From: an uncultured Enterobacterales bacterium
GTDB taxonomy: Bacteria > Myxococcota_A > UBA796 > CAJQPC01
Length of the DNA: 64,000 bases
NCBI GenBank assembly: GCA_964519895.1
Contig: CAZFLE010000005.1
Location: forward strand, 16,417-80,416
Reading direction: 5' to 3'
The notes under the pieces were generated by a model that was not told the DNA's origin, searched no databases, and worked only from the letters and a program-made list of their open reading frames with translations. Position numbers and translations under genes: made by a program. Shown piece after piece: positions 25,916 through 36,035 of this stretch. Position 1 is the stretch's first letter. Each line of letters begins with the position of its first letter.

Positions 25916-28342
25916 TTGAACATGGTCTCTCTCTGGCTGCTGACCCTGAGCTGCTCCGGCGGCGACTCCGACCCCACGGTCGGGGCACCGCCTGCGGCCG
26001 GGCCGACCGGGACCCTGGACGCCGCGGAGCTGGTGTCCCTGGACCTGCCCACGAACAGCCGCCTGAGCGAGAAGCCGGTCCCCACAGAGCACCACCCCGT
26101 GCGCGAGTTCCGCGTCCGCCGCACGGTGGGCAGCGTGGTCGAGTGGGTCGCTCCCCACCCCTACGCGGCGCTGAGCGGCGTGCGCGAAGCCCCGGTCGGG
26201 CTCGGTGTCAGGCTGGGCGACGGCGAGCCGCTGGCGTTCGAGCGGGCAGCCACCGACAAGCCCCGCCTGGGCACCTGGGGCCTGACCCCCCGAGAGGTGA
26301 TCGTTCGACTGCCCAAGGGCCAGCCGGCCCCCGAGCTCAGCGACGTGACGCTGACCTGGCCCAGCGCAGCGGACAAGGAAGCCAGCCTGAACCTGGTGCT
26401 GAGTGGCCTGGAGCCCGCTGAATTCGCCTTCCGCCAGGCGCGAGTGGGCGGCCTGACCCACGAGGGTCTGCTCCTGCCGGCGCCGGCCAAGGCCGTGTTC
26501 GAGGTCCAGGTCCCCCAGGGCGGCGTCCTGGACACCGAAGCGACCATCCTGTTTCCCGAGGTCTTCGAGCGCCGCCGCTCAGACGGCGCGACCCTGATCG
26601 TGACCGTCGACGACGGCAGCGGTCCGATCGAAGCCAGCCGCACGGCAGTGGCCCCCCGAGAGCCGGTCGCTGTGCGGGTGGACCTGGGGCCCTGGGCGGG
26701 CAAGACCGTCGCGCTGGGCCTGGTCACCGAGCCCGGCGAGAAGCCGCAGATGGACTACGTCTTCCTGACGGCGCCGGCGGTGGTCAGCCCGGCCCAGCAG
26801 CCCAAGCGGGTGGTCCTGGTCTTCATCGACACCCTGCGGCCCGACCACCTGGGCCTCTATGGCCACCACCGCGAGACCTCGCCGCGCTTGGACGCATGGG
26901 CCCAGGACGCGGCGGTCTTCGACCAGGCCCGGTCTGTCTCGTCGTGGACCCTGCCCTCGTCTCGTGCAGCCCTCTCGGGCCGCCACCCCGAGGCCTGGTC
27001 CAATGCGGTGACCCTGCCCGAAGCCTTCGCCGCACAGGGCTGGCTGACCGGCGCCTTCGTCGCCAACCACCTGCTGACCCCCGGCTTCGACATGACCCGG
27101 GGCTGGGCCCACCACGACTACTGGGGCTCCCACCCCGCCGACAAGCGCGTCGAAGCCGCCCAGGCCTGGCTGGCCGCCCACCAGGACCGGGACGCGCTGG
27201 TGCTGCTCCACCTGATGGACCCGCACCTGCCCTACAACGAGCCCGAGCCCTTCGCGTCGATGTGGGCCGGCCAGACACCGCCCAAGATCGCCCGTGGCAT
27301 CACCCGCAGCGGCATGGCGGTGCTGGACCGCAGGGGCATGGACCCGGACGTCCAGGAAGCCGTGCGCACCTACACCCGGGACCGGTACGACCAGAACATC
27401 CGCTTCACCGACGACGCCCTGGGCACCTTCCTGGAGGCCCTGGACCCGTCAACCACCGTGATCGTGTTCTCCGACCACGGCGAAGAATTCTGGGAGCACG
27501 GCGGCTTCGAGCATGGGCACTCGCTCTACGACGAGCTCGTCCGGGTCCCGCTGATCATCAAGGGTCCGGGCGTGCCTGCTGGGCGGCACGACACACCGGT
27601 GAGCCTGCTGGATGTCGCGCCTACCGCCCTGGACCTGGCCGGCCTGGACCCCGCGGACAGCGACGGGGTGTCCCTGGTCGGACTGCTCGGCGGCACGCCG
27701 CTGGCCCCCCGGGTCCTGGGGCTGGGCCGCTCCTACTACACGCCGGACCTCTGGGGCGCGGTCGCGGGCGGCAAGAAGTGGATCACCGGCGACGGCGGCC
27801 AGGAGCTCTACGACCTGGGGAGCGATCCCGGGGAGACCCAGGATCTGGCCGAGCAGAGCGACCTCTCCCCCTGGCCCGCCCAGGCCGCCGGGGCCATCGG
27901 GCTGCCCATCGAGTCGGTGATCCGCCTGCGGGCCAGGGGACGCGGCAGCGAGCTGCCGGTGTCCTTGACCGTGAGCCACCCCGCGGGCATCACGCGCTGG
28001 TGGCCGGCCTACGACTACCGGGGCGACTTCTCGCCCTATCGGAGCGAGGTGAGCCTGGTCGACGGCGTGCTGACCCTGAGACAGGAGCCCGGCCAGCAAC
28101 CGCGGCCGGAGCTCTACATCCAGGTCGAAGGCGACACCCAGGACGTCTCGCTGCTCGAGCTCACCCTCCAGGTGGGCGACCAGACCTTTCAGGACCGGGG
28201 CAAGCACACCAAGGCGATCGGAAAGGGCCAGACGCGCTGGAACGTCGACGCCGCCTGGACCGCCGTGCTCCACGACGCCGAGGCCTCGGAGTTCTCACCG
28301 GACAGCCTCCAGGAGCTCCGGGCCCTTGGGTACATCGAGTAG
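25916..28342 (+). CDS. Sulfatase-fold lipoprotein, paralog 3 (808 aa), Thr-type
   Basis: TTG 25916 or ATG 25922 gives 'M(NM)VSLWLLTLSC'. 'VVLVFIDTLRPDHLGLYG', 'SVSSWTLPSSRAALSGRHP' (Thr two residues before Pro) and 'VFSDHGEEFWEHG'. C-terminal 'LQELRALGYIE' is shared with paralog 1. Confidence 0.75.
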   Translation: MNMVSLWLLTLSCSGGDSDPTVGAPPAAGPTGTLDAAELVSLDLPTNSRLSEKPVPTEHHPVREFRVRRTVGSVVEWVAPHPYAALSGVREAPVGLGVRLGDGEPLAFERAATDKPRLGTWGLTPREVIVRLPKGQPAPELSDVTLTWPSAADKEASLNLVLSGLEPAEFAFRQARVGGLTHEGLLLPAPAKAVFEVQVPQGGVLDTEATILFPEVFERRRSDGATLIVTVDDGSGPIEASRTAVAPREPVAVRVDLGPWAGKTVALGLVTEPGEKPQMDYVFLTAPAVVSPAQQPKRVVLVFIDTLRPDHLGLYGHHRETSPRLDAWAQDAAVFDQARSVSSWTLPSSRAALSGRHPEAWSNAVTLPEAFAAQGWLTGAFVANHLLTPGFDMTRGWAHHDYWGSHPADKRVEAAQAWLAAHQDRDALVLLHLMDPHLPYNEPEPFASMWAGQTPPKIARGITRSGMAVLDRRGMDPDVQEAVRTYTRDRYDQNIRFTDDALGTFLEALDPSTTVIVFSDHGEEFWEHGGFEHGHSLYDELVRVPLIIKGPGVPAGRHDTPVSLLDVAPTALDLAGLDPADSDGVSLVGLLGGTPLAPRVLGLGRSYYTPDLWGAVAGGKKWITGDGGQELYDLGSDPGETQDLAEQSDLSPWPAQAAGAIGLPIESVIRLRARGRGSELPVSLTVSHPAGITRWWPAYDYRGDFSPYRSEVSLVDGVLTLRQEPGQQPRPELYIQVEGDTQDVSLLELTLQVGDQTFQDRGKHTKAIGKGQTRWNVDAAWTAVLHDAEASEFSPDSLQELRALGYIE

Positions 28343-28373
28343 CCGTGCTGGCTGACACCGCGTCGGTGACCCC

Positions 28374-30884
28374 TTGAGCCCGTGGTGGTTCGTCGGCCTG
28401 GCGGCCGCCGCGGGCCCCGAGTGGCCCTGTCCGGTGGCCACCTGTGAGTGGGACCCCCAGGCCACGCAGACGCTGGCCGCCGTGCCGCTCCAGGTGTCGC
28501 CGGAGGCACCGCTGACGTGGCCGGTGTCCGACGACCACCAGTGGCTGGAACTGGTCCTGATGCCAACGGCCGGGCCGGTGCGCGGCAGGGTGCTGGAGGT
28601 CGCCTGGGAGCGGGCGGCCCACCCGGTCAGCGACACGCTGCTGGGCGGTCGGCAGGTCTGGGCCGCGGACGCGACCGGGAGCGCCCCCCAGGCCCTCCCG
28701 GTGCCGCTGGGCACCGGGACCGATGACCAGGGCGGGACCACGGCCCTCACCGGCTCCCGCGTCGTGCTGAAGGTCCCGGCGGGCACGACCGGCGCGACCG
28801 TGCGCGTGCTGGACCGACGCACCCACGTGGCCGTGCTCGCCCATCAGCTCACGTCGGAGCCGACCGCCTGGCCCCTGGGACCCCAGGAGCGGCCCGCCGG
28901 CGCCGACTGGGGTCCCTTTGCGATCGCACCCGCTGGCCCCCTCGCGCTGCCCCGACCCGCCGCGCTGCCCGCTCCGGTGCCGGTCACGACCCCGCTGATC
29001 AGCCGCGACGGGGCACTGTGGGAGGCCGACGGGCGCCGGGCTCACCTGTCGGGCATGAACCTGGTGGTCCAGTGGGACCTGCCCACCGCCGACGAGAGCG
29101 AGCGGTTGGCCGCCACCTTGGCGACCCTCGGCGTGAACCTGGTCCGCCTGAGGGTCTTCGGGGTGTCCCGTGCCGCCTTGTACGAAGGGGAGCCGGTCCG
29201 CGTCCCGACGGACGAGGAGTGGGTACTCTTCGACCAGCTGGTCGACGCCCTGGCCCGCCACGGCATCCGGCTGGCGCTGCCGCTGATCGCCGTGGACTAC
29301 CGGCCCGGTCGGGGCCCGGAGGGCACCCTGGATCGCGCGCTCGTGGCCCGCGGGCTCCCGATCTGGCGCCCAGAGGCCATGGCCCACCAACAGGCCGCCA
29401 TCACCGGGCTCCTGGGCCGGGCGAGCACGGTCCGCGGTGTTGCCCTGGCCCGCGATCCGGCCCTCGCCATCGTCGAGATCGCCAACGAAAGTGGCCTGAC
29501 ACGCAGCTGGGCTGCCGGTGCGCACGACCAGCTCCCCATGGCCTGGCGGTCCGAGCTGGAGACCTTGTGGCGGTCCTGGCTCGAGGCTCGCTACGCCACC
29601 GACGACGCGCTGGCCCTGGCCTGGGCGGGCTCGCTGAATCCGGGGCTGCAGCCTGGAGAGTCCCTTGCGACCCGGGTGCCTCTCCAGCCCTCCAACCCCC
29701 GGCGCTGGGGCAGCTGGCCGGCCCAGCGGCGGGCCGATCTGGCCGCCTTCCACCTGGGCCTGGACGCGGCGTATTACGACGGGATGCGCACGTTCCTGGA
29801 GGGTGCGCTGGCCACGACCGCCCTGGTCGTGGGCACCCAGTACCTGAACGTGCGCGAGGCCAACACGCTGTTCGCGGACTGGCCCCTGGGCGACTCCCAC
29901 CACCAGCTGGACCAGCCCTCGGGGCCGACCCAGGAACAGACGCGGGCCTCGCTGCTCGCAGCCCCCTTCGATCGGGGTCTGCGCCGAACAGTCGGTCAGG
30001 CGGTTCTGGGCCAGCCCTTCTACCTGGGCGAGGTCAACCAGGGCTGGCCGAGCCCCTTCGACTACGAGGCGCCGCTGGTGCTCTCCGGCCTGGCCGCACG
30101 ACAGGGGTGGTCCGGCTACAGCTGGCACATCTGGTCGCCCCGCCCGTGGTCCGCGGACACGCCGAACGCCATCCTGGGCCCCATGGACCTGGCCGCCAAC
30201 CCGACCAAGCTGGGCCAGCTGCCCGTCGCAGCGGCCGTCCTGCGGGGGGGCCTGATCCAACCGGCCGAGGGCCTGCTGGTCCAGGACGGCAGCGTGCCCG
30301 GCCCGGTGGGCACCGGCTTCCCTGTCGGCACCGACACGCCGGGCTCGGGGGACCTGCAGCTCTGGCTGGACCACCGGGTCCGCACGGCCTTCGAACCCGC
30401 CGCGCTGGCTCCGCAGCCAGGCGCACCGGGCCCAGTGACCTGGGATCCCGACGAGACCCTGGTGATCGACGCGCCCGGCGTGGCGGCGGTGATCAGCACG
30501 GGGCAGACCCGGCGGACCACGGTGCTCGAGGCCGGTGGCGGACCCGGCGCGGTCAGCGTGGTCGGGCTGGACGCCGTGCCGCTGGACCAGGCCCAGCGGT
30601 GGCTGCTGACGGTCGGGACCCGCTCGGCCAATGTTGGCCTGCTCGAAGCCAGCGGACACACCATCGTGGCCCGGGGCGACGGACCCGTGCTGCTGGCGCC
30701 CTACGCCGGCGACATCTGGCTGTTCGGCAGCCACCGCCGGGCGCCCCAGGTCACCCGCTTGGGTCCCGACGGCGCCCCCGACGGGACCGTGCCCGTGTCC
30801 TGGGCGCGCGACCGCGGAGCGTGGCGGATCGACGTCGCGGCGCTGCCGCCGTCCCCCTGGTACACGGTCACCTGGCCGGACTGA
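28374..30884 (+). CDS. Putative clan GH-A (GH5-like) glycoside hydrolase (836 aa)
   Basis: TTG 28374 is the only in-frame start after the upstream TAG (28340-28342). 'HLSGMNLV..', 'LGVNLVRLRV', 'LAIVEIANESG' (acid/base N-E motif) and 'PFYLGEVNQGWP' (candidate nucleophile Glu). Long flanking beta-rich regions. Confidence 0.5.
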   Translation: MSPWWFVGLAAAAGPEWPCPVATCEWDPQATQTLAAVPLQVSPEAPLTWPVSDDHQWLELVLMPTAGPVRGRVLEVAWERAAHPVSDTLLGGRQVWAADATGSAPQALPVPLGTGTDDQGGTTALTGSRVVLKVPAGTTGATVRVLDRRTHVAVLAHQLTSEPTAWPLGPQERPAGADWGPFAIAPAGPLALPRPAALPAPVPVTTPLISRDGALWEADGRRAHLSGMNLVVQWDLPTADESERLAATLATLGVNLVRLRVFGVSRAALYEGEPVRVPTDEEWVLFDQLVDALARHGIRLALPLIAVDYRPGRGPEGTLDRALVARGLPIWRPEAMAHQQAAITGLLGRASTVRGVALARDPALAIVEIANESGLTRSWAAGAHDQLPMAWRSELETLWRSWLEARYATDDALALAWAGSLNPGLQPGESLATRVPLQPSNPRRWGSWPAQRRADLAAFHLGLDAAYYDGMRTFLEGALATTALVVGTQYLNVREANTLFADWPLGDSHHQLDQPSGPTQEQTRASLLAAPFDRGLRRTVGQAVLGQPFYLGEVNQGWPSPFDYEAPLVLSGLAARQGWSGYSWHIWSPRPWSADTPNAILGPMDLAANPTKLGQLPVAAAVLRGGLIQPAEGLLVQDGSVPGPVGTGFPVGTDTPGSGDLQLWLDHRVRTAFEPAALAPQPGAPGPVTWDPDETLVIDAPGVAAVISTGQTRRTTVLEAGGGPGAVSVVGLDAVPLDQAQRWLLTVGTRSANVGLLEASGHTIVARGDGPVLLAPYAGDIWLFGSHRRAPQVTRLGPDGAPDGTVPVSWARDRGAWRIDVAALPPSPWYTVTWPD

Positions 30885-30903
30885 TCGGTGGTCTATCGCC
30901 AGG

Positions 30904-31992
30904 TCACTCGCAGGGCCCGGGCGCATCAGCGCCGGCCGAGAGCGCGTAGAGCAGCTCGGAGTGCTCGCTGTAGAAGCGCACGTCCTCCAACCGACGGCTG
31001 GCCGTGCAGACCGAGACCCAGGCAAAGCCCCCGACCTGGTCGGTCTGGTAGGTGACCGGCAGCTCGCCCTCCAGAGCCCGCAGCCCGGCCGTCGCGCCGC
31101 TGATGAGCTGGGGCGACGCGCACAGCTCCGACGTCATGAACAGGGCCAGATTGTGATCGTGGCCGCTGATCACCAGGTCCGCGTGGCCACAGACGAAGTC
31201 GTCATAGAAGACCTTGAGGCAAGCCCCGGCATCCCGCCCAGCCGCTGTGCTCGGGCGGTGGGTGTCCTTGCAGCTCAGGTCGTCGCCCGCAGGCCGGTTG
31301 GCGTAGTCCCCGACCACGCCGTGCTGGCCGTTGGACAGGTAGGCGTGGTGTCCGAGGGCGACTCGGAAGCGGTCGGTCTGGTCCCGAAAGGCGGGCCCCA
31401 GGGTCGTCCATGCGCTCGACTCCCCGCCGCCGCCCTGGTCGTCGATGCCCCACATGATCCGGTGGGTGTCCAGCGCCAACAGGGACAGCCCCGGCGCGGG
31501 CTCGCCGAGCCACTGCCAGGCCGGCATCTCGAAGTGGGTGTCCCGGGTCGCGCTGTAGCTCAACTGGTACCCCGCCCGCACGTCATCGAAAGCCTCGCCG
31601 CCCTCGCACTCCCCGTCCAGGGACTCCCGGTAGTCGTGGTTGCCCAGCACAGCGTGCCAGGGCATGCCCAGGCTGCCGAAGGGCACCTCGAAGTCCTCGT
31701 CAAAGGAGGGATCGTCGACGCTGTCGACGCCACAGGTGTAGAAGAGATCCCCGGCCATCAGCCCGAAGTCACAGCCCTTCTGGGCGCACACCCGGGCCAA
31801 GGCGTCGACCACACCGTCCCGAATGTCGGTCCTGACACCGCTGTCCCCGACCACGACGAACCTGGCCCGGACCGGGGGCTCGTCGCCCGGGTCGGTGGTC
31901 TCGATTGTGCCCGTCTGTCCCGTCGGAGGGGCCCGCGAGGAGTCCCCCGTGGCCGGACCGCCCGAGTCGCACGCCAGCAGCAGGAGCCACAT
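30904..31992 (-). CDS. Calcineurin-like metallophosphoesterase lipoprotein (362 aa)
   Basis: 'MWLLLLACDSGG', then 'FVVVGDSG', 'MAGDLFY', 'VLGNHDY', 'ALGHHAY' and 'VISGHDHN'. An alternative GTG 32025 overlaps the upstream TGA (GTGA). The remainder of track ORF 30904..33462 is out-of-frame shadow sequence overlapping the sulfatase gene on the same strand. Confidence 0.8.
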   Translation of the reverse strand: MWLLLLACDSGGPATGDSSRAPPTGQTGTIETTDPGDEPPVRARFVVVGDSGVRTDIRDGVVDALARVCAQKGCDFGLMAGDLFYTCGVDSVDDPSFDEDFEVPFGSLGMPWHAVLGNHDYRESLDGECEGGEAFDDVRAGYQLSYSATRDTHFEMPAWQWLGEPAPGLSLLALDTHRIMWGIDDQGGGGESSAWTTLGPAFRDQTDRFRVALGHHAYLSNGQHGVVGDYANRPAGDDLSCKDTHRPSTAAGRDAGACLKVFYDDFVCGHADLVISGHDHNLALFMTSELCASPQLISGATAGLRALEGELPVTYQTDQVGGFAWVSVCTASRRLEDVRFYSEHSELLYALSAGADAPGPCE

Positions 31993-32021
31993 GCCGCCAG
32001 TGTAGTCAACCGCAGGCCCGA

Positions 32022-33509
32022 TCACCCCGCGGGGGACGGGACCGGCTCCTCGGGGCCCGGACCCAGCGCAGTCAGCTTCTGGTCCAGCTGCTGCCGCAGT
32101 TCGGCGATGCGGTCCTCGTGCCCCCCGGAGACGGCCAGGTTGTGCAGCTCGTAGGGGTCGTCGTCCAGGTCGTAGAGCTCCAGTCCGTCGTCGTAGGCCG
32201 GGGAGACCACGAGCTTGTAGCGGTCCGTGCGCAGGCCGTGCATGGTCGGCCGAGCCGGCCACTTGACGTCGGCAAAGTGCTGGAGCAACAGGTGTTTCCG
32301 CCAGTCCCGGACCCGTCCCCGCCCCTTGCGGGCCAGGAGCGGCACCAGGCTGCGGCCGTGCACCGGCGGGGGCTCGGCGATCCCGCCCAGCTCGAACAGC
32401 GTCGGCGCCAGGTCGACCCCGCTGACCAGGCGAGCATCCCGACGCCCGACGGGCACACCGGGGCCCCGCAAGATCAGCGGGACACGCACGCTCTCTTCGT
32501 AGAGGAGCTGCTTGCCGCCCGGCAAGAAGGCGTGCTCGCCGAGCAGCACGCCGTTGTCGCTGGTGAAGATCACCACCGTGTCCTGGGCCAGGCCGAGCTG
32601 GTCCAGGGTGTCGCACACCCGCCCGACGCTCTCGTCCACGCTCAGCAGACACCGGGCGGTGTCCATGTGGATCGGGTGGCGAGGCTGCCACGGCCGGGGA
32701 GGGATGCTGGCGGGGATCGGCACCCCCGCGTCGCGCCGCTTGGCCCAGGCATGCCGTGTGCGCCCCCAGGCCACCCCCGCCCGCTGGTACTCGGGCTTGT
32801 CGGCCAGGTCGTCGGTCCAGCTGACCGGCTCGGGGAACTGCTCGGTGGGAAAGGCGGCGGCGTGTCGGGCCGCGGGGACCGGGCGCCCGTGCACGCCCTT
32901 GTGGGACAGCAGCAGGGCAAAGGGTTTGTCGGAGGTCCGGCCTTGCAGCCAGGCCACCGTGCGGTCCGTGAGCAGGTCGGTGATGTAGCCGGGCTCGGTG
33001 AAGAACTTCTCGCCGTCGTAGAGCTCGGGGTCGTTGTAGAGCCCCTGGCCCCGGAAGCTCAGCCAGTGGTCCCAGCCGGGCTTGGGCCGGTTGTAAGGAC
33101 GCATGTGCCACTTGCCGAAGCAGGCCGTCTCGTAGCCTCCGCCCTGGAGGACCTGGGCCCAGGAGGGTACGTCGGTCGCGATGTGCTGGGACGAATTCTT
33201 GAAGACCCGGGTGCGCTGGGGCTGACAGCCGGTCAGCATCGTGGCCCGCGAAGGCGAGCACAGGGACACGGCGACAAAGGCGTTGTCGAAGATGGTCCCG
33301 CCCGCGGCCAGGCGATCGATGTGGGGCGTGGGAATCCAGGGGTGGCCCATGCAGCCGAGCCAATTCCAGCGCAGGTCGTCGACGAGCACGAACACGACGT
33401 TGGGTGGCCGGGCGGACGCCAACGCGGGCCCGCCAACCAGCCCCACGGCAGCGCCGCCACACAAGCCGGCCAGGGTCTCGCGGCGGGTGGGTCGTGAGGG
33501 AGTGGACAT
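32022..33509 (-). CDS. Formylglycine-type (Cys) sulfatase with a Tat signal (495 aa)
   Basis: 'MSTPSRPTRRETLAGLCGGAAVGLVGGPALASA' (twin-Arg), 'VVFVLVDDLRWNWLG', 'SLCSPSRATMLTG' (canonical C-x-P-S-R) and 'IFTSDNGVLLGEH'. Confidence 0.88.
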   Translation of the reverse strand: MSTPSRPTRRETLAGLCGGAAVGLVGGPALASARPPNVVFVLVDDLRWNWLGCMGHPWIPTPHIDRLAAGGTIFDNAFVAVSLCSPSRATMLTGCQPQRTRVFKNSSQHIATDVPSWAQVLQGGGYETACFGKWHMRPYNRPKPGWDHWLSFRGQGLYNDPELYDGEKFFTEPGYITDLLTDRTVAWLQGRTSDKPFALLLSHKGVHGRPVPAARHAAAFPTEQFPEPVSWTDDLADKPEYQRAGVAWGRTRHAWAKRRDAGVPIPASIPPRPWQPRHPIHMDTARCLLSVDESVGRVCDTLDQLGLAQDTVVIFTSDNGVLLGEHAFLPGGKQLLYEESVRVPLILRGPGVPVGRRDARLVSGVDLAPTLFELGGIAEPPPVHGRSLVPLLARKGRGRVRDWRKHLLLQHFADVKWPARPTMHGLRTDRYKLVVSPAYDDGLELYDLDDDPYELHNLAVSGGHEDRIAELRQQLDQKLTALGPGPEEPVPSPAG

Positions 33510-33569
33510 GTCGCTCCGTGGCGTGGCTGTCGCCCTAACGCTTCACACCGCCCCCAGGGTCCCCCCGGA

Positions 33570-36035
33570 TCACCCTTCCGTGAAGTCGCCCAGCCGGACC
33601 GTCTGCCAGGCGTCGGCCGCCGGCGGCGGCGCTTCGAGGTCGAGCTGGCGAAGCACCCGGGTGGGGGCGCCGACCGGGTTCTCGACCGTCACCGTCAGCG
33701 TGCGCCACCGCACGTCGGGCGACACCACCAGGGGCAGGCTCTGGCGAGCCGGATCGGGCGCCACCTCGATCGAAGAGACCTGGCCGGCCAGGGGCTCCAG
33801 GGTGAGCTGCACCGAGGGCCCGGCATCGCCCGGAGGCCCGCGGAGCTTCACGCCGAGCTGACTGAGGGACTGCATCAGCGACCCGTTGCCGCGCACCCTC
33901 ACAGCCATGGTGAAGCGATCACCGGGGTAGAGCCACACGTCTCGACGGCACTCCTTGATGACCCTCGCAGGGTCCAGGCCCAGGGTCCAGGTGCGCTGGG
34001 CGACCGGGGGGCCTTGGGCCAGGGGCGAGAAGCGCACGCTGTCCGCCAGGTGCACGAAGCGTCCGGGGCCCGCTGCGACCGGGCGAGGGCCCACACGGCG
34101 CTCCAGGGCCGTCGAGCCCTCGGTGAGGGTGAGCGGGGAGCACCTCCGGTAGGTCAGGTGGTCGGTCAGCGCGAGCGGCGGCACCGCCGGGTCGTCTGGC
34201 AGGGCCAGGGCGTAGACCCCCTGCCCCGCCGGAGACGGGTCTCCGGAAGCCGGCAGCGCCGGCGGCGGCTGGGCGAAGCGCACGGCGCTGGCGTCCAGCA
34301 AGGGGACCGTGCCGCCGAGCACGTCGAAGGCTGGCGGCAGGAGGTCCTGGGTGATGCCCTGGCCCGCGACCCGCAGGCTGGCGACCGCCGCGTGCGCCCC
34401 GTCGGCGGGCGAGGACAGGACCAGGGCGCTGCCCCCGGTCGTGGCCGGGCCCTCGAACCTCACCGCATGGCGACCTGCGGTCTCCAGCGCCACCTCGTGC
34501 TTGCCGAGGGCCAGGGAGACCTGCCCTGCCCCGAAGACCTCCACCACCAGCTCCAGGGACACCGTGCCGTCGCCGGCCAGCGCACCGGCCGGGACGTCGA
34601 GCACCGTGCGGGTGCCGGCCAGGTGCCACACCAGCGCCCGATCCCCGGCGTCGACGACGGGGTCGTCCGGCACGGACACGCCGATGGTCAGCCCTTCGGT
34701 GGACGCCGTCGTCAAGATCAGCACCCGTTCTCCGACCATCGCCGCCGGCTCACAGGCGTTGTCCTTGCGACGAAGGCGCCGGGCTGGCAGGGCGCTGCCC
34801 CCGATCCGAGTGACCTGCACGGGAGATGCCTCGACCGGCCAGCCGCGCGCGAGCATGGCGCCTTGCCCGATGGTCGCGAACGGTGGCTTGCGCAGGACCC
34901 GGGTGCAGTCCGAGCTCGCGGGAACCTGGAGCGTTGCGCCGACCGCGGCGCCCTCTCGGCGAACCCGCAGGCTGGCGGCCGGCCGCGCGAGTGGTCCCCC
35001 GGAGAGCGCACCCACGTCGGAGAGGCCCTGAGCGATCAGGGGGGCGATCTTGCGGCGACCGCTGTGGCCCAGGTGCACCCGATCGTTGAAGTCGCCGGCG
35101 GAGAGATCCGCCGCGCTCAGGTCCACATAGGCGGCGCCGCGGGACCGCAGGTGGTCCTTGAGGGCGTCCTCTTCGTCTCGGAGACCGGGACCGCGCTGGG
35201 CTCCTCCGGGAGACTCCGGCAGCCGCAGGAAGATCACCTGGGCGCCGGCATCGCGCACCACGTCCACCAGCTCCGGGACCAGGGTGTGCTCGACCGGCAA
35301 CGGTCCCTGGGTGTACCGGCGCTGGGTCACGGTGCGCCGCTCGGGTGCGACGATCGGGGTGCCGGCGCGGTGCCGATCCATGTCGATGGCGTCTTCGTCG
35401 GCGAAGACCTCTGCGTTGGCCAGCGCCAGGGCCTCGGCGCCTCGATCGTGGGGCCCACCGTCTCCAGGCGTCGCGAGTCCCACGGCGCCGTGGATGAACC
35501 AGTCGAGCAGCCCCTGGCGCAGGGCTGTGCGACGCGTCCTGGCCCGCGCGCTCGGACCATCGACCGCCGCGGCGCCCTGGAGCTTGGCGGTCAGGGCGGC
35601 CTCGTCCCCCACCAACAGAGCATCGAGCGCTTCCGCGTCGCCTTCGCCGTCCACCCCGGATCCGACCAGCACGTCCAGGGTGCCCGCGACCACCACCACC
35701 TCGGGCTCGACCCGGGGCAGCACGTGGTTGCGCAACAGGGCGTACCAGGCCGGCGTGCCCGACGAAGGCACCCAGGTCAGGGCCAGTTGGTCGGGCTCCA
35801 GGCCCAGCGCGGCACCGACCCGCGTGAGCTCAAAGGCGCGATCTGCCGACGAGTTCCCCACCACCAGGATGCGCGGCGAGCGCCCGTCCAGGGCTCGGAG
35901 GACCCGGTCGGGGGTCACCGGGTCGCTGGCTGGCAGCGGACGCGTGAAGCCCCAGACCGCACCGGCCGCGAGCACGACCAGCACCGCGGCGGCCAGGGCC
36001 GCCCAGCCCCTAGAACTGGAAGTAGATGAAGTCAT
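33570..36035 (-). CDS. Membrane-anchored SGNH-like acyl-transfer partner of the MBOAT (821 aa) with a large C-terminal beta-rich domain
   Basis: ATG 36035 'MTSSTSSSRGWAALAAAVLVVLAAGAVWGF' overlaps the MBOAT 3' end by 26 nt. 'RILVVGNSSADRAF' (block I-like) and 'FNDRVHLGHSGRRKIAPLIA' (DxxH block V-like). About 460 aa of unrecognised C-terminal sequence. Confidence 0.55.
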   Translation of the reverse strand: MTSSTSSSRGWAALAAAVLVVLAAGAVWGFTRPLPASDPVTPDRVLRALDGRSPRILVVGNSSADRAFELTRVGAALGLEPDQLALTWVPSSGTPAWYALLRNHVLPRVEPEVVVVAGTLDVLVGSGVDGEGDAEALDALLVGDEAALTAKLQGAAAVDGPSARARTRRTALRQGLLDWFIHGAVGLATPGDGGPHDRGAEALALANAEVFADEDAIDMDRHRAGTPIVAPERRTVTQRRYTQGPLPVEHTLVPELVDVVRDAGAQVIFLRLPESPGGAQRGPGLRDEEDALKDHLRSRGAAYVDLSAADLSAGDFNDRVHLGHSGRRKIAPLIAQGLSDVGALSGGPLARPAASLRVRREGAAVGATLQVPASSDCTRVLRKPPFATIGQGAMLARGWPVEASPVQVTRIGGSALPARRLRRKDNACEPAAMVGERVLILTTASTEGLTIGVSVPDDPVVDAGDRALVWHLAGTRTVLDVPAGALAGDGTVSLELVVEVFGAGQVSLALGKHEVALETAGRHAVRFEGPATTGGSALVLSSPADGAHAAVASLRVAGQGITQDLLPPAFDVLGGTVPLLDASAVRFAQPPPALPASGDPSPAGQGVYALALPDDPAVPPLALTDHLTYRRCSPLTLTEGSTALERRVGPRPVAAGPGRFVHLADSVRFSPLAQGPPVAQRTWTLGLDPARVIKECRRDVWLYPGDRFTMAVRVRGNGSLMQSLSQLGVKLRGPPGDAGPSVQLTLEPLAGQVSSIEVAPDPARQSLPLVVSPDVRWRTLTVTVENPVGAPTRVLRQLDLEAPPPAADAWQTVRLGDFTEG

